Shown: positions 55,092-64,000 of the stretch, piece after piece
How positions within the stretch are numbered: the stretch's first letter is position 1
Layout: each line of letters begins with the position of its first letter
Source of the DNA: Candidatus Kaelpia aquatica
Lineage (GTDB): Bacteria > Omnitrophota > Gorgyraeia > Kaelpiales > Kaelpiaceae
Assembly: GCA_030765335.1 (NCBI GenBank)
Contig: JAVCCU010000025.1
Location: forward strand, 6,784-70,783
Direction: 5' to 3'
DNA: 64,000 nucleotides
The notes under the pieces: generated by a model
The model's database searches: none
What the model was told of the DNA's origin: nothing
Seen by the model: the letters and a program-made list of their open reading frames with translations, nothing else
Made by a program: the position numbers and the translations under genes

Positions 55092-58000
55092 ATGCCGAAG
55101 CGTTCCGATATCCACAAAGTTTTAATAATAGGATCAGGCCCGATAATTATAGGTCAGGCTTGCGAGTTTGACTATTCAGGGACTCAAGCCTGTAAGGCTC
55201 TTAAAGAAGAAGGTTATGAGGTTATCCTTGTTAATTCTAACCCGGCAACTATTATGACTGACCCTGAAATGGCTGATAAGACATACATCGAGCCTTTAAC
55301 GGTTGAGACTATAGCGAAAATTATAGAGAAGGAGAGACCTGATGCCTTGCTCCCTAATCTTGGCGGTCAAACCGGATTAAATCTATCTTCTGCTTTACAT
55401 AAAGAAGGAATACTTAATAAATATAATGTTGAGGTAATAGGAGTAAAGATTGATGCTATAGAGCGCGGTGAAGACAGGCTGGCTTTCAAAGAGACGATGA
55501 ATAAGCTTGGAATTCCGCTTGCAAAGTCTGATGTGTCTCATTCAGTTGAGGAAGCAGAGAAAATAGCTAATGAGCTAGGTTATCCGGTTGTGCTGCGTCC
55601 TGCATATACTATGGGCGGTACAGGAGGAGGCATAGCTTATAACATTGAAGAGTTAAGGACTATTGTTGCGCGTGGCCTTGCAGTAAGTATTGTAGGCCAA
55701 GTTTTAGTTGAAGAGGCTGTTGTCGGCTGGGAGGAGCTTGAGCTTGAAGTAGTCCGTGATGAAAAAGATCAAAAAATTACAGTATGTTTTATTGAAAATG
55801 TAGATGCGATGGGTGTACATACCGGAGACAGCTTCTGCGTTGCTCCTATGCTTACGGTACCTAAAGATTTACAGAAAAAATTACAGGATATTTCATATAA
55901 GATAGTTGATGCAATAGGTGTAATAGGTGGAACAAATGTTCAATTTGCCCATAATAAAAAAGATGGCAGAATCGTTGTTATTGAGATAAATCCCAGAACT
56001 TCTCGCTCATCAGCCCTTGCCTCAAAGGCAACAGGATTTCCTATTGCAAGAGTTTCAACCAAGCTTGCAGCAGGTCTAACAATGGATGAGATTCCTTACT
56101 GGAGAGACGGAACGTTAGAGAAGTATACACCCAGTGGTGATTATGTTGTAGTTAAATTTGCACGCTGGGCATTTGAAAAGTTTTCACAAGCAAAAGATAT
56201 ACTTGGTACTCAGATGAAAGCAGTGGGAGAGGCTATGAGTATTGCGAAAACCTTTAAGGAGTCTTTTCAAAAATCTATCAGGTCTCTTGAAATAAAGAGG
56301 TATGGTTTAGGAGGAGTAAAAAAGTTTAAAGACCTTTCGTTATATCAGCTAAAAAAGAAGTTAGTCCATCCTTCTAGTGAGAGAGTTTTTATTATATATG
56401 AAGCCTTAAGAAAAGGCATGACGGTAGAGGAGCTTTATGAGGTTACTCATATAGGAGAGTGGTTTTTAGGAGAGATGAAAGAGCTGGTTAATTTTGAGGA
56501 GAAGATAATTACTGAAGATTGGAAAAGTTTATCTAAGGATAACCTGAGAAAAGCTAAAGAGCTTGGCTTCTCTGACAAATATTTAGCCGCTCTCTTTAAC
56601 ATTAAAGAGATAGAAGTCAGAGAGAGGAGGATCTCTTTAGGTATAGAAGTTCGTTTTGAAGCTGTCCCTGTAAGCGGGATTGAAGATGCAGCCTACTATT
56701 ATTCGACCTATTCTCAAGGAGAAGATGAAGTCTCTGTTTCAGATAATAAGAAGATTATGATTCTTGGCGGAGGCCCTAATAGGATAGGCCAAGGTATAGA
56801 GTTTGACTATACTTGTGTCCATGCTACATTTGCTTTAAAGGACGAAGGCTTTGAAACTATCATGGTCAACTGTAATCCCGAGACCGTTTCTACTGATTAT
56901 GATACTTCTGATAAGCTGTATTTTGAGCCTTTAACAGTCGAAGATGTTTTAGCTATACACAAAAAAGAGAAGCCTCAAGGTGTTATTGTGCAATTTGGTG
57001 GTCAGACGCCGTTAAACATTGCTCAAGAATTAAAAGATTGCGGGGTTAATATATTAGGGACATCTCCTGAGAGTATCCATTTTGCAGAAGATAGAGAACG
57101 TTTTAGAAAAAAGATGATAGATTTAAATGTTCTTCAGACCGAGGGCGGCATAGCGCGTTCAGTAGATGAGGCTGTTAAGATAGCTGAAAATATCGGATAT
57201 CCCCTGATGGTTAGGCCCTCCTTTGTTTTAGGGGGACGGGGTATGGAGATCATATATGAGAAAGAGAGGCTATTAAAATATGCTGAAGAGGCGATAGATA
57301 TATCACCTGAATACCCAATGCTTATCGATAGATTTCTAGAGAATGCTGTTGAGCTTGAAGTTGATGCTTTATCTGATGGCGAAAATTCTTTCGTTGCATC
57401 TATCATGGAACATATTGAATATGCCGGAGTGCACTCTGGTGATTCTGCCTGCGTTATCCCAACCAGAACCATATCTAAAGAACATCTTGATAAAATAGAG
57501 GAGTATACAAAGGTAATAGCAAAAGAGCTTAAAGTCGTCGGGTTGATAAATATTCAGTATGCTATCTGTGATAATAAGGTCTATATCTTAGAGGCAAACC
57601 CCAGAGCGTCCCGTACAGTACCTCTAGTTTCAAAAATTACCGGAATACCTATAGCAAGGATCGCGACTCTTCTTATGTTGGGTAAAAAGATAAAAGATTT
57701 TAAGGAATTGAAAAAGTATGATCTGCCTTATTTTGGAGTCAAAGAGGCAGTATTTCCTTTTAATATGTTCCCCGAAGTTGACCCCGTATTGGGGCCTGAG
57801 ATGAAAGCAACAGGTGAGGTGATGGGAATATCCGATAGTTTCGGGCTTGCATTTTATAAGGCTCAAGAAGCTGCTGGAACCAAGCTTCCAACCTCAGGGT
57901 CTGTTCTATTGACAGTTAAAAATAAAGATAAAGAGTTGCTTCTTCCAATTGCAGAAGGGTTAGATAGATTAGGTTTTAAGATATATGCTACAGAGGGTAC

Positions 58001-58295
58001 AGCTGATTTTCTAGGAGATAATGGACTAGAAGTTTCAAAGGTAAAAAAGTTACACCAGGGCAGGCCTAATGTAGCAGATCTTATTAAAAATAAAGAGCTC
58101 CAGCTTATTATAAATACTCCTGTCGGTAAAGAGAGCAAGTATGATGATAGCTATATTAGAATTATGGCTATTCAGAATAAAATCTCTTACATGACTACTA
58201 TCTCAGCTGCATTGGCTGGAGTAGAAGGGATTGAAGCTGCTAAAGGTAAAGATCTTACAGTTAAGGCTTTGCAGGATTATTATAAAGATAAATAG
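55092..58295 (+). CDS. carB: carbamoyl-phosphate synthase large subunit
   Basis: 1067 aa. Duplicated ATP-grasp halves and a C-terminal MGS-like domain. Confidence 0.95.
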   Translation: MPKRSDIHKVLIIGSGPIIIGQACEFDYSGTQACKALKEEGYEVILVNSNPATIMTDPEMADKTYIEPLTVETIAKIIEKERPDALLPNLGGQTGLNLSSALHKEGILNKYNVEVIGVKIDAIERGEDRLAFKETMNKLGIPLAKSDVSHSVEEAEKIANELGYPVVLRPAYTMGGTGGGIAYNIEELRTIVARGLAVSIVGQVLVEEAVVGWEELELEVVRDEKDQKITVCFIENVDAMGVHTGDSFCVAPMLTVPKDLQKKLQDISYKIVDAIGVIGGTNVQFAHNKKDGRIVVIEINPRTSRSSALASKATGFPIARVSTKLAAGLTMDEIPYWRDGTLEKYTPSGDYVVVKFARWAFEKFSQAKDILGTQMKAVGEAMSIAKTFKESFQKSIRSLEIKRYGLGGVKKFKDLSLYQLKKKLVHPSSERVFIIYEALRKGMTVEELYEVTHIGEWFLGEMKELVNFEEKIITEDWKSLSKDNLRKAKELGFSDKYLAALFNIKEIEVRERRISLGIEVRFEAVPVSGIEDAAYYYSTYSQGEDEVSVSDNKKIMILGGGPNRIGQGIEFDYTCVHATFALKDEGFETIMVNCNPETVSTDYDTSDKLYFEPLTVEDVLAIHKKEKPQGVIVQFGGQTPLNIAQELKDCGVNILGTSPESIHFAEDRERFRKKMIDLNVLQTEGGIARSVDEAVKIAENIGYPLMVRPSFVLGGRGMEIIYEKERLLKYAEEAIDISPEYPMLIDRFLENAVELEVDALSDGENSFVASIMEHIEYAGVHSGDSACVIPTRTISKEHLDKIEEYTKVIAKELKVVGLINIQYAICDNKVYILEANPRASRTVPLVSKITGIPIARIATLLMLGKKIKDFKELKKYDLPYFGVKEAVFPFNMFPEVDPVLGPEMKATGEVMGISDSFGLAFYKAQEAAGTKLPTSGSVLLTVKNKDKELLLPIAEGLDRLGFKIYATEGTADFLGDNGLEVSKVKKLHQGRPNVADLIKNKELQLIINTPVGKESKYDDSYIRIMAIQNKISYMTTISAALAGVEGIEAAKGKDLTVKALQDYYKDK

Positions 58296-58321
58296 CAGTT
58301 CTTTTATCTTTTTACTCTGAT

Positions 58322-59545
58322 ATGAAGCGTTTTACTTTCCATAAACCGGAACTAGTTGTCCCTGCCGGTGACTGGCCATCTTTAATTACGGCTGCCGAGA
58401 ATGGGGCAGATAGTATTTACTTCGGTATCCAAGGATTAAATATGCGTGAACGCGCCTCCAATTTTAAGATTTCAGATTTAAAAAAGATTATGCGATTGTT
58501 GCATCAGAAGAAGGTCAAAGGGTACCTTGCTCTCAATGTTGTAGTTATGAACGATGAGCTAAAAAGAGTAGAAAGAGTTCTGCTAAAGGCTAAGGAGAGC
58601 AATGTTGATGCTGTAATAGCATGGGATATGGCCGTTATCTCCTTAGCGAAAAGAATAGGATTAAAGATCCATCTCTCAACTCAAGCCAGTATCTCTAATA
58701 TTGAAGCAATAAAATATTACAATAGATTAGGTATTAAGAGGGTTGTTTTGGCGCGGGAATGCAGTCTCTCTGATATGAGAAAGATTAAAGTTTTAATAAA
58801 AAAAGAAAATTTAGATACTCAAATAGAGACTTTTATCCATGGCGCGATGTGTGTCAGTATATCGGGCAGGTGTTTTTTATCCGAGCATTCTTATGGAGAG
58901 TCTGCAAATAGAGGCAGGTGTCTGCAGCCTTGCAGGCGTGAGTTCATTATAAAAGAGAGACAGGGTGATTTAGAGTATATCTTAGGCAAAGACTATATCT
59001 TAAGCCCAAAAGATTTATGTACGATAGATTTTATAGATAGCCTAATAAGAGCAGAGATAGATGCCTTTAAGATTGAAGGTAGGATGCGTTCTCCAGAGTA
59101 TATAAAGATTGTGGTCTCTGTCTATAGGGAGGCTATAGATGCTTTTTATGAAAATAGGCTAAGTGAATCTTTAAAGAGAAGGCTTAAGAAAGAACTTAAG
59201 AGTGTATATAATAGAGGATTTTCAGATGGATTTTATTTTAAAAGTCCTGATGGAGATATAAGCAAGCGTTTAGAGCACCTCTATGAGAAGATATACTTGG
59301 GTGAGGTTAAAAAGTTTTATCCTAAGATCTCTGTTGCAGAGATATTAGTCCAAGCTGGACCTCTGAAGAAGGATGACGAGTTATTATTTGTAGGTAAAAG
59401 TACTCCAGTTCAATTTGTAAAAGCATCTGAGATTCAGCAAGAGCATAAATATGTAACTCGAGTCAAGAAAGGCGAATTAGCTGGAATCAAGGTTCCTTTC
59501 AAGGTTAGGTTAGGTGATAAGGTTTATGCTTGGAGAAAAAAATAG
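58322..59545 (+). CDS. peptidase U32 family protein
   Basis: 407 aa. U32 signature E-x-F-x2-G-[SA]-[LIVM]-C-x4-G-x-C-x-[LIVM]-S (FIHGAMCVSISGRCFLS). Confidence 0.85.
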   Translation: MKRFTFHKPELVVPAGDWPSLITAAENGADSIYFGIQGLNMRERASNFKISDLKKIMRLLHQKKVKGYLALNVVVMNDELKRVERVLLKAKESNVDAVIAWDMAVISLAKRIGLKIHLSTQASISNIEAIKYYNRLGIKRVVLARECSLSDMRKIKVLIKKENLDTQIETFIHGAMCVSISGRCFLSEHSYGESANRGRCLQPCRREFIIKERQGDLEYILGKDYILSPKDLCTIDFIDSLIRAEIDAFKIEGRMRSPEYIKIVVSVYREAIDAFYENRLSESLKRRLKKELKSVYNRGFSDGFYFKSPDGDISKRLEHLYEKIYLGEVKKFYPKISVAEILVQAGPLKKDDELLFVGKSTPVQFVKASEIQQEHKYVTRVKKGELAGIKVPFKVRLGDKVYAWRKK

Positions 59546-59985
59546 ATATTGACAGTAAAATTGATAGACTAGAAAATATTATTTAAGATATGGAAGCCTT
59601 AAATAGTTTAGGAGTATTGCTTGGAAGACCCTGGTCTTAGGAGTCAATCTTTATCTTACCGTTGCTGGCCTGGGTATATTAAATAGGATTGGCGCGGCAA
59701 GTCTGCCTGGCTAGTCTTGGTACTCTTTCTAACCCTTATCATAGGACTTGCTGTTATTATGTATCTCGTTGAGTTTTTTGCAGAAAAAATTCCATATCTT
59801 GATTCTGATCTTATTGCTCTTAATATTTCGTATGCCTGAAATGCATTGTAGAATATTTTTATGCAAAAGGTTGTTCAAATGAGAGTTAAGTAATGATGCA
59901 AGATAAAATCTAAGTTATTATGATGGAGAAATGTAAACCATTATTACGATAAATTTGATTTATTAAATGTAGATAAGGGTGAAAT

Positions 59986-60258
59986 CTACTTTTTAACCTT
60001 TGCTTGATTCAATAAAGATTGTAGTCGAGATATATGACGTGAAGCTTTGTTCTTATGGATAATATTCTTGCTTCCAGCCTGCATTAATCTTTTCTCAAGT
60101 TCTTTAAAATATTCTTCAGCCTCTGGCAACTTATTTTTACTTACCAGTTCTCTGAATTTTTTAATCTTAGTCTTGAGCTCTGATTTTACAGTTTTGTTTC
60201 CAGCTTCTCTTTTTATGTTTTGCTTTAATCTTTTACAGGCAGACTTTAAATTCGGCAT
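59986..60258 (-). CDS. rpsT: 30S ribosomal protein S20
   Basis: Start at ATG 60258 (GGAGGT 6 nt upstream). MPNLKSACKRLKQNIKREAGNK... is a typical bS20. The ORF track's 14-aa N-terminal extension is ignored. Confidence 0.85.
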   Translation of the reverse strand: MPNLKSACKRLKQNIKREAGNKTVKSELKTKIKKFRELVSKNKLPEAEEYFKELEKRLMQAGSKNIIHKNKASRHISRLQSLLNQAKVKK

Positions 60259-60342
60259 TGTAAAACCTCCAATTTTGGAACAAAATATAGCATATATCAT
60301 TTCGGTTTGTCAAACAATTTAAATTGGTGTATAAGAATAAAC

Positions 60343-61878
60343 ATGTTTAAACAGATATTGAGGAAGTCTTTTACGATTGGAACAGCCACTTTTATCAGCA
60401 GGATATTGGGGTTTGTACGAGATGTTTTAATTGCTTTTTTCTTTGGGACTGGTTATGGGGCTCAGGCTTTTGTTGTGGCTTTTCGCCTTCCAAATATTTG
60501 GCGCAGCTTTGTTGGGGAGGAGGCGGTTAATGCTGCGGTTGTCCCGGTTTTGTCTGAATATAGAGCTAAGGAGGATTTAGATAATTTTAAGAGTCTATCC
60601 AAGTCTCTTATAAAGTCTTCTGCATTTATCTTAATTTTGATTACTGTAGGTGGGGTTTTTTTTGCTCCATTGTTAATTAAGTTAATAGCGCCTGGCTTTA
60701 TAGCTGATATCCAAAAATATGTTCTTTCCGTTAAATTGACCAGGGTAATATTCCCCTATGTGTTTCTTATAGGGTTAACGGCTATGGTGGCTGGAATTGC
60801 AATATCTCAAAGAATATTCTGGAGCTACTCCTGGGCCTCTGCTGCTTTAAATATCTCTATTATATCCAGCATTCTTTTCTTAGGCAGAAGATACGGAGTC
60901 TATGCATTAGCTTTTGGAATAATAATAGGCGGCATCATTGAGCTTTTGATGCAGTTTTTTGCTATAAGAGGGAAAGGAATATATAGAGCAAAGGCTAGGA
61001 TGTTCCATCCAGAGTACGGCAGGATTTGGAAGCTGCTGCTTCCTAGGTTTCTTGGTGCAGGAGTCTATCAAGTCAGTATATTCATAGATACTATCTTAGC
61101 CTCTCTTCAATCTATTGTAGGCTCTGGTGCTATTGCAGCTCTATATTATGCTCAGAGATTCGTGCAGCTACCTTTGGCTGTTTTTGCTACCTCTCTTGCA
61201 ACTGCGGCATTGCCTTTCTTCTCTGCCAGGAGAACAAAAAATGAAAGTGCATCTATAGGAGATAATCTAATTCTCTCTTTAAGGTTTGTAGCCTTTATTA
61301 TGATACCGGCAACGTTCGGGTTTTTTATTTTGGCAAAAGAGATAATATCTGTTGTTTTTCAACACGGAAGTTTTTCAAGCTATTCCACAGCTATAACATC
61401 TAGCGCTTTGAGGTTCTATGCTTTAGGTTTGCTATTTTATGCGGGGATAAAGATCCTCGTTGTTACTTTCTATTCTATGCAGGATACTTTGACGCCAGTT
61501 AAGATTTCGATAATATCTTTAGCTATAAATATAGTAGGTAGTGTTGCCTTAATGTTTTCAATGAAAATCTCAGGCCTATGTCTTGCTACCTCTTTTGCTG
61601 CAAGTTGCAATTTCACCTTGCTGTTTCTGGCTTTAAATAAAAAGATAAAGTTCTATAATAAAAATTTTATTATAGGCATTCTAAAGATCTTGCTCTGTTC
61701 TGTTATTATGGCCGGAACCCTGCTATTTACTAAAAAACTGTTTTTTGAAAACATCTCTTCAGATATCTTGGCTCTTATCTCTCTGATATCACTATCAATA
61801 TTTGCCTATCTACTTTCAAGCCTTTTTATAAACAACGAAGACTTACGGAAATTTATATGGTGCAGCAAGAAAGAATAG
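60343..61878 (+). CDS. murJ: lipid II flippase MurJ
   Basis: Start at ATG 60343 (MFKQILRKSF...). FISRILGFVRDVLIAFFFG N-terminus and ~14 TM helices typical of MurJ/MviN. Confidence 0.85.
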   Translation: MFKQILRKSFTIGTATFISRILGFVRDVLIAFFFGTGYGAQAFVVAFRLPNIWRSFVGEEAVNAAVVPVLSEYRAKEDLDNFKSLSKSLIKSSAFILILITVGGVFFAPLLIKLIAPGFIADIQKYVLSVKLTRVIFPYVFLIGLTAMVAGIAISQRIFWSYSWASAALNISIISSILFLGRRYGVYALAFGIIIGGIIELLMQFFAIRGKGIYRAKARMFHPEYGRIWKLLLPRFLGAGVYQVSIFIDTILASLQSIVGSGAIAALYYAQRFVQLPLAVFATSLATAALPFFSARRTKNESASIGDNLILSLRFVAFIMIPATFGFFILAKEIISVVFQHGSFSSYSTAITSSALRFYALGLLFYAGIKILVVTFYSMQDTLTPVKISIISLAINIVGSVALMFSMKISGLCLATSFAASCNFTLLFLALNKKIKFYNKNFIIGILKILLCSVIMAGTLLFTKKLFFENISSDILALISLISLSIFAYLLSSLFINNEDLRKFIWCSKKE

Positions 61879-63266
61879 CTAGGCTTCCTGATTCATCCGG
61901 AGTCTATATTTTTAAAGATAAGAAAAATGAGATTATCTATATAGGTAAGGCTAAATCAATATTAAAAAGAGTCCGCAGTCATTTTTATTCCAAAAATATT
62001 AACTCAAAGGGTGAGAAGTTAATTTCTAGAGTAAGAGATATTGATTTTATTATCACTGCTTCTGAAGCTGAAGCACTATTGCTTGAATCATATCTTATTA
62101 AAAAAGAGAAGCCTTTTTACAATATAAGCTTAAGGGATGATAAATCTTACCCTTATCTTAAGATCACGCTTAAAGATGATTTTCCGCGTATCTTGATAAC
62201 TCGCAATAAGAACAAAGATGGATCGCTTTATCTAGGTCCTTATCCAGATGCTAAGGGATTGAAAATGACTCTTAAAACATTAAGAGAGATTATCTCTTTT
62301 AGGAGCTGTAGGAAATTTAATAAGAATGGCTGCCTCTATCTACATATAGGCTTCTGTCCTGGGCCTTGCCTGGAGAAGATAAGCAAAACAGAGTATCGCA
62401 GAAATATTTTAATTGCAGTGAAGACTCTTCTTGGAGATAGAGAAGGAGTCATAAAGGATTTAACAGAAGAGATGGATGGCTATGTTAAAAAAAGAGAATA
62501 CGAGAAAGCTGCTAAATCGCGGGATAGACTGAGGTTTCTGGGGAATAGTTCAGGTATCTTTGGTCTTAGTGGAGGGATTAATGTATTAGAGAATATAAAG
62601 AGTATACTGAATCTCCCTAAAGTACCCCGTATTATTGATGCTGTGGATATTTCCAATGTATCTGGTACTTCTGCAGCCGGCGCCGTGATTAGATTTAAAG
62701 ACGGGGTTAAAGATAGAGAGCTCTATCGCAAATTTAGACTGAAAAAACAGAACTTTATAGATGATTATGAGATGATGGCTGAAGTTGTACTGAGGCGCTA
62801 TAGAGATCTTTTTAAGAAAAAAGAAGATTTACCCGATCTTATCATGCTTGATGGCGGCAAGGGTCACTTGAATAGAATTGGTGCGATTATTGATAAGGAT
62901 TTTGAAATAGATATACCTCTGATTGCCTATGCTAAAGGAAGAGATCTTATTCACTCCAGATATAGGAAAATCCCTATTGCTCTGCCTCAGAACTCTTTGG
63001 AGAAGAATTTACTTATTAGAATAAGAGATGAGGCTCATAGATTTGCTATTGGATACCATAGAAGTTTAAGAGGGAAGAGAATGAAAGAGACTGCTTTTGA
63101 AAATATACCTGGAGTCGGTATATCTAAAGTCAATGCTGTTTTAAGGTATCTCAGTGATTTAGGCTGTTATGAAAATATATCGGTTTCAGATTTAAAAAGA
63201 ATCAAAGGTATCGGCGATATGCTTGCAGAGAGGATGTATGATTACGTTAAAAAGAGAGGAGCTTAA
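61857..63266 (+). CDS. uvrC: excinuclease ABC subunit C homolog (short form)
   Basis: 469 aa. N-terminal GIY-YIG (GVYIFKDKKNEIIYIGKAKSLKKR) and C-terminal HhH (IKGIGDMLAERMYDY). Shorter than canonical ~600 aa UvrC. Confidence 0.75.
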   Translation: MVQQERIARLPDSSGVYIFKDKKNEIIYIGKAKSILKRVRSHFYSKNINSKGEKLISRVRDIDFIITASEAEALLLESYLIKKEKPFYNISLRDDKSYPYLKITLKDDFPRILITRNKNKDGSLYLGPYPDAKGLKMTLKTLREIISFRSCRKFNKNGCLYLHIGFCPGPCLEKISKTEYRRNILIAVKTLLGDREGVIKDLTEEMDGYVKKREYEKAAKSRDRLRFLGNSSGIFGLSGGINVLENIKSILNLPKVPRIIDAVDISNVSGTSAAGAVIRFKDGVKDRELYRKFRLKKQNFIDDYEMMAEVVLRRYRDLFKKKEDLPDLIMLDGGKGHLNRIGAIIDKDFEIDIPLIAYAKGRDLIHSRYRKIPIALPQNSLEKNLLIRIRDEAHRFAIGYHRSLRGKRMKETAFENIPGVGISKVNAVLRYLSDLGCYENISVSDLKRIKGIGDMLAERMYDYVKKRGA

Positions 63267-63446
63267 GAAGTCTCTTAAGAGTTACTGCTAAAGCTATGTC
63301 AGGGAATCTCTATCCTTTTAAAGAACTTTTAATCTCAAAGCGTCCAAAATATGTTACACTACTTAGAAGTTACTATGTTTGGAAAAAAGAGTAAAATCCG
63401 CTATAATAAAGAAGCGTAAATAAATATTATGATCCATTGGAGGAGA

Positions 63447-64000
63447 TATGAGAGATGAATTAATGCAAAGAGCAGCAGGGCTTAAAGAGAGATTTCAAGA
63501 ACTGCGAGGTTTTCTTTAACCTGGATAAAAAGAACAACTATATAGCAGAGATAGAAAAAAAGATGTCTCAGCCTGGATTCTGGGATCAGGGCTCCAAAAA
63601 TACCAGCATTCTTAAAGAGCTAAAAATTCTTAAAGAGAGTGTTGAGGGCTTTAAGTTCCTAGAGAGAGAATTACGAGATTTAGAGGAGTTGATTGGCATA
63701 TCGACGGATGAGGAGAGCAGCTCCTTGTCTAAAGAGCTGAATAAAGTTGAGTCAGAGATTGATAGGTTGGAGTTTAAGATTTATCTAAGTGAACCCTATG
63801 ATTCTGGTAATGCTATAATTTCAATCCATGCCGGTGCTGGTGGTACAGAGTCTTGTGATTGGGCTCAGATGTTAATTAGGATGTATTCTAGGTGGGTTGA
63901 AAAAAAAGGGTATAAGATAGAGATGCTGGATGTTTTAGAAGGTGAAGAGGCTGGTATTAAAAGGGCTACTTTTATTATAAAAGGCGATTATGTCTATGGT
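63447..64000 (+). CDS. prfB: peptide chain release factor 2 with programmed +1 frameshift site CTT-TAA-C; partial (runs off window); possible 1-nt indel in the given 5' segment
   Basis: Downstream frame encodes PGFWDQ...DSGNAIISIHAGAGGTESCDWAQML (RF2). SD-like GAGGT 3 nt before CTT TAA C at 63514-63520. The upstream frame as given is MRDELMQRAAGP* and is out of register with CTT TAA by one nucleotide. Confidence 0.7.

Noticed and set aside
1-64000. CRISPR arrays, intact IS elements, integrase or recombinase genes
   Set aside because: Reading the sequence, I found no regularly spaced short repeats, and none of the ORFs has transposase or integrase-type motifs. The tRNA-Ser islets appear to have lost their integrase.
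1-64000. Candidate-phyla-radiation / alternative-genetic-code origin (suggested by low GC and many small unknown proteins)
   Set aside because: TGA, TAG and TAA all act as stops in confident genes. The gene set is rich in complete biosynthetic pathways (arg, que, carB, PEPCK, fumarase) and diderm envelope machinery, unlike reduced CPR genomes.

Overview
This 64 kb window reads as a gene-dense, AT-rich bacterial chromosome segment, almost certainly from a diderm (lptE-holA synteny, BamD-like TPR protein, MurJ, Wzx) anaerobe-type organism (GTP-PEPCK, Fe-S class I fumarase, Fd-fused EtfAB, FeoAB, radical SAM enzymes). Most genes are on the + strand, with frequent overlapping start/stop codons and AGGAGG-type RBSs. 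TAG, TGA and TAA all terminate confident genes, so the genetic code is standard. I found no CRISPR array, intact IS element or integrase.

Core genes, in order:
- alpha-glucan phosphorylase, nicotinamidase, PduO-type adenosyltransferase, nth, an AmmeMemoRadiSam-type radical SAM gene, a LacI regulator, and a Ski2-like helicase on the minus strand
- bcd-etfB-etfA (EtfA fused to two 4Fe-4S domains), a tandem HD-GYP protein, uppP, argC-argJ-argB
- a secreted protein gene between argB and pckG, then pckG (GTP-dependent), greA, a GT2 enzyme, an amidase lipoprotein, murI, queD-queC-queE
- fumarate hydratase alpha/beta, rph, rdgB
- PilZ gene converging on a minus-strand lysW-like/rpoN/sigma-54 activator operon
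- UDP-sugar dehydrogenase/epimerase/UXS-like/Wzx cluster, CCA-adding enzyme
- tRNA-Ser(GGA), radical SAM-feoA-feoB, BamD-like/lptE/holA, carB, U32 peptidase, rpsT (minus), murJ, a short uvrC, and prfB with its +1 frameshift site

Two accessory regions stand out.
- 27.2-34.7 kb: five consecutive signal-peptide proteins with no recognisable domains, compositionally mosaic. Two adjacent genes share a near-identical ~149 bp 5' segment that encodes a ~50 aa basic N-terminal leader. This is the best candidate for an undescribed secreted or effector system.
- 45.4-48.9 kb: the tRNA-Ser gene is followed by two tandem, decayed integrated islets. Each ends with a ~170 bp related repeat that finishes in a copy, or degenerate copy, of the tRNA 3' end. 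Cargo is a repeat protein killed by a CAG->TAG nonsense mutation and a Fic-family protein with its own promoter and three upstream direct repeats.

A strongly conserved promoter architecture, TTGAC(A/T)-N16/17-TGGTATAAAT, recurs at least six times, mostly in front of accessory or secreted genes.
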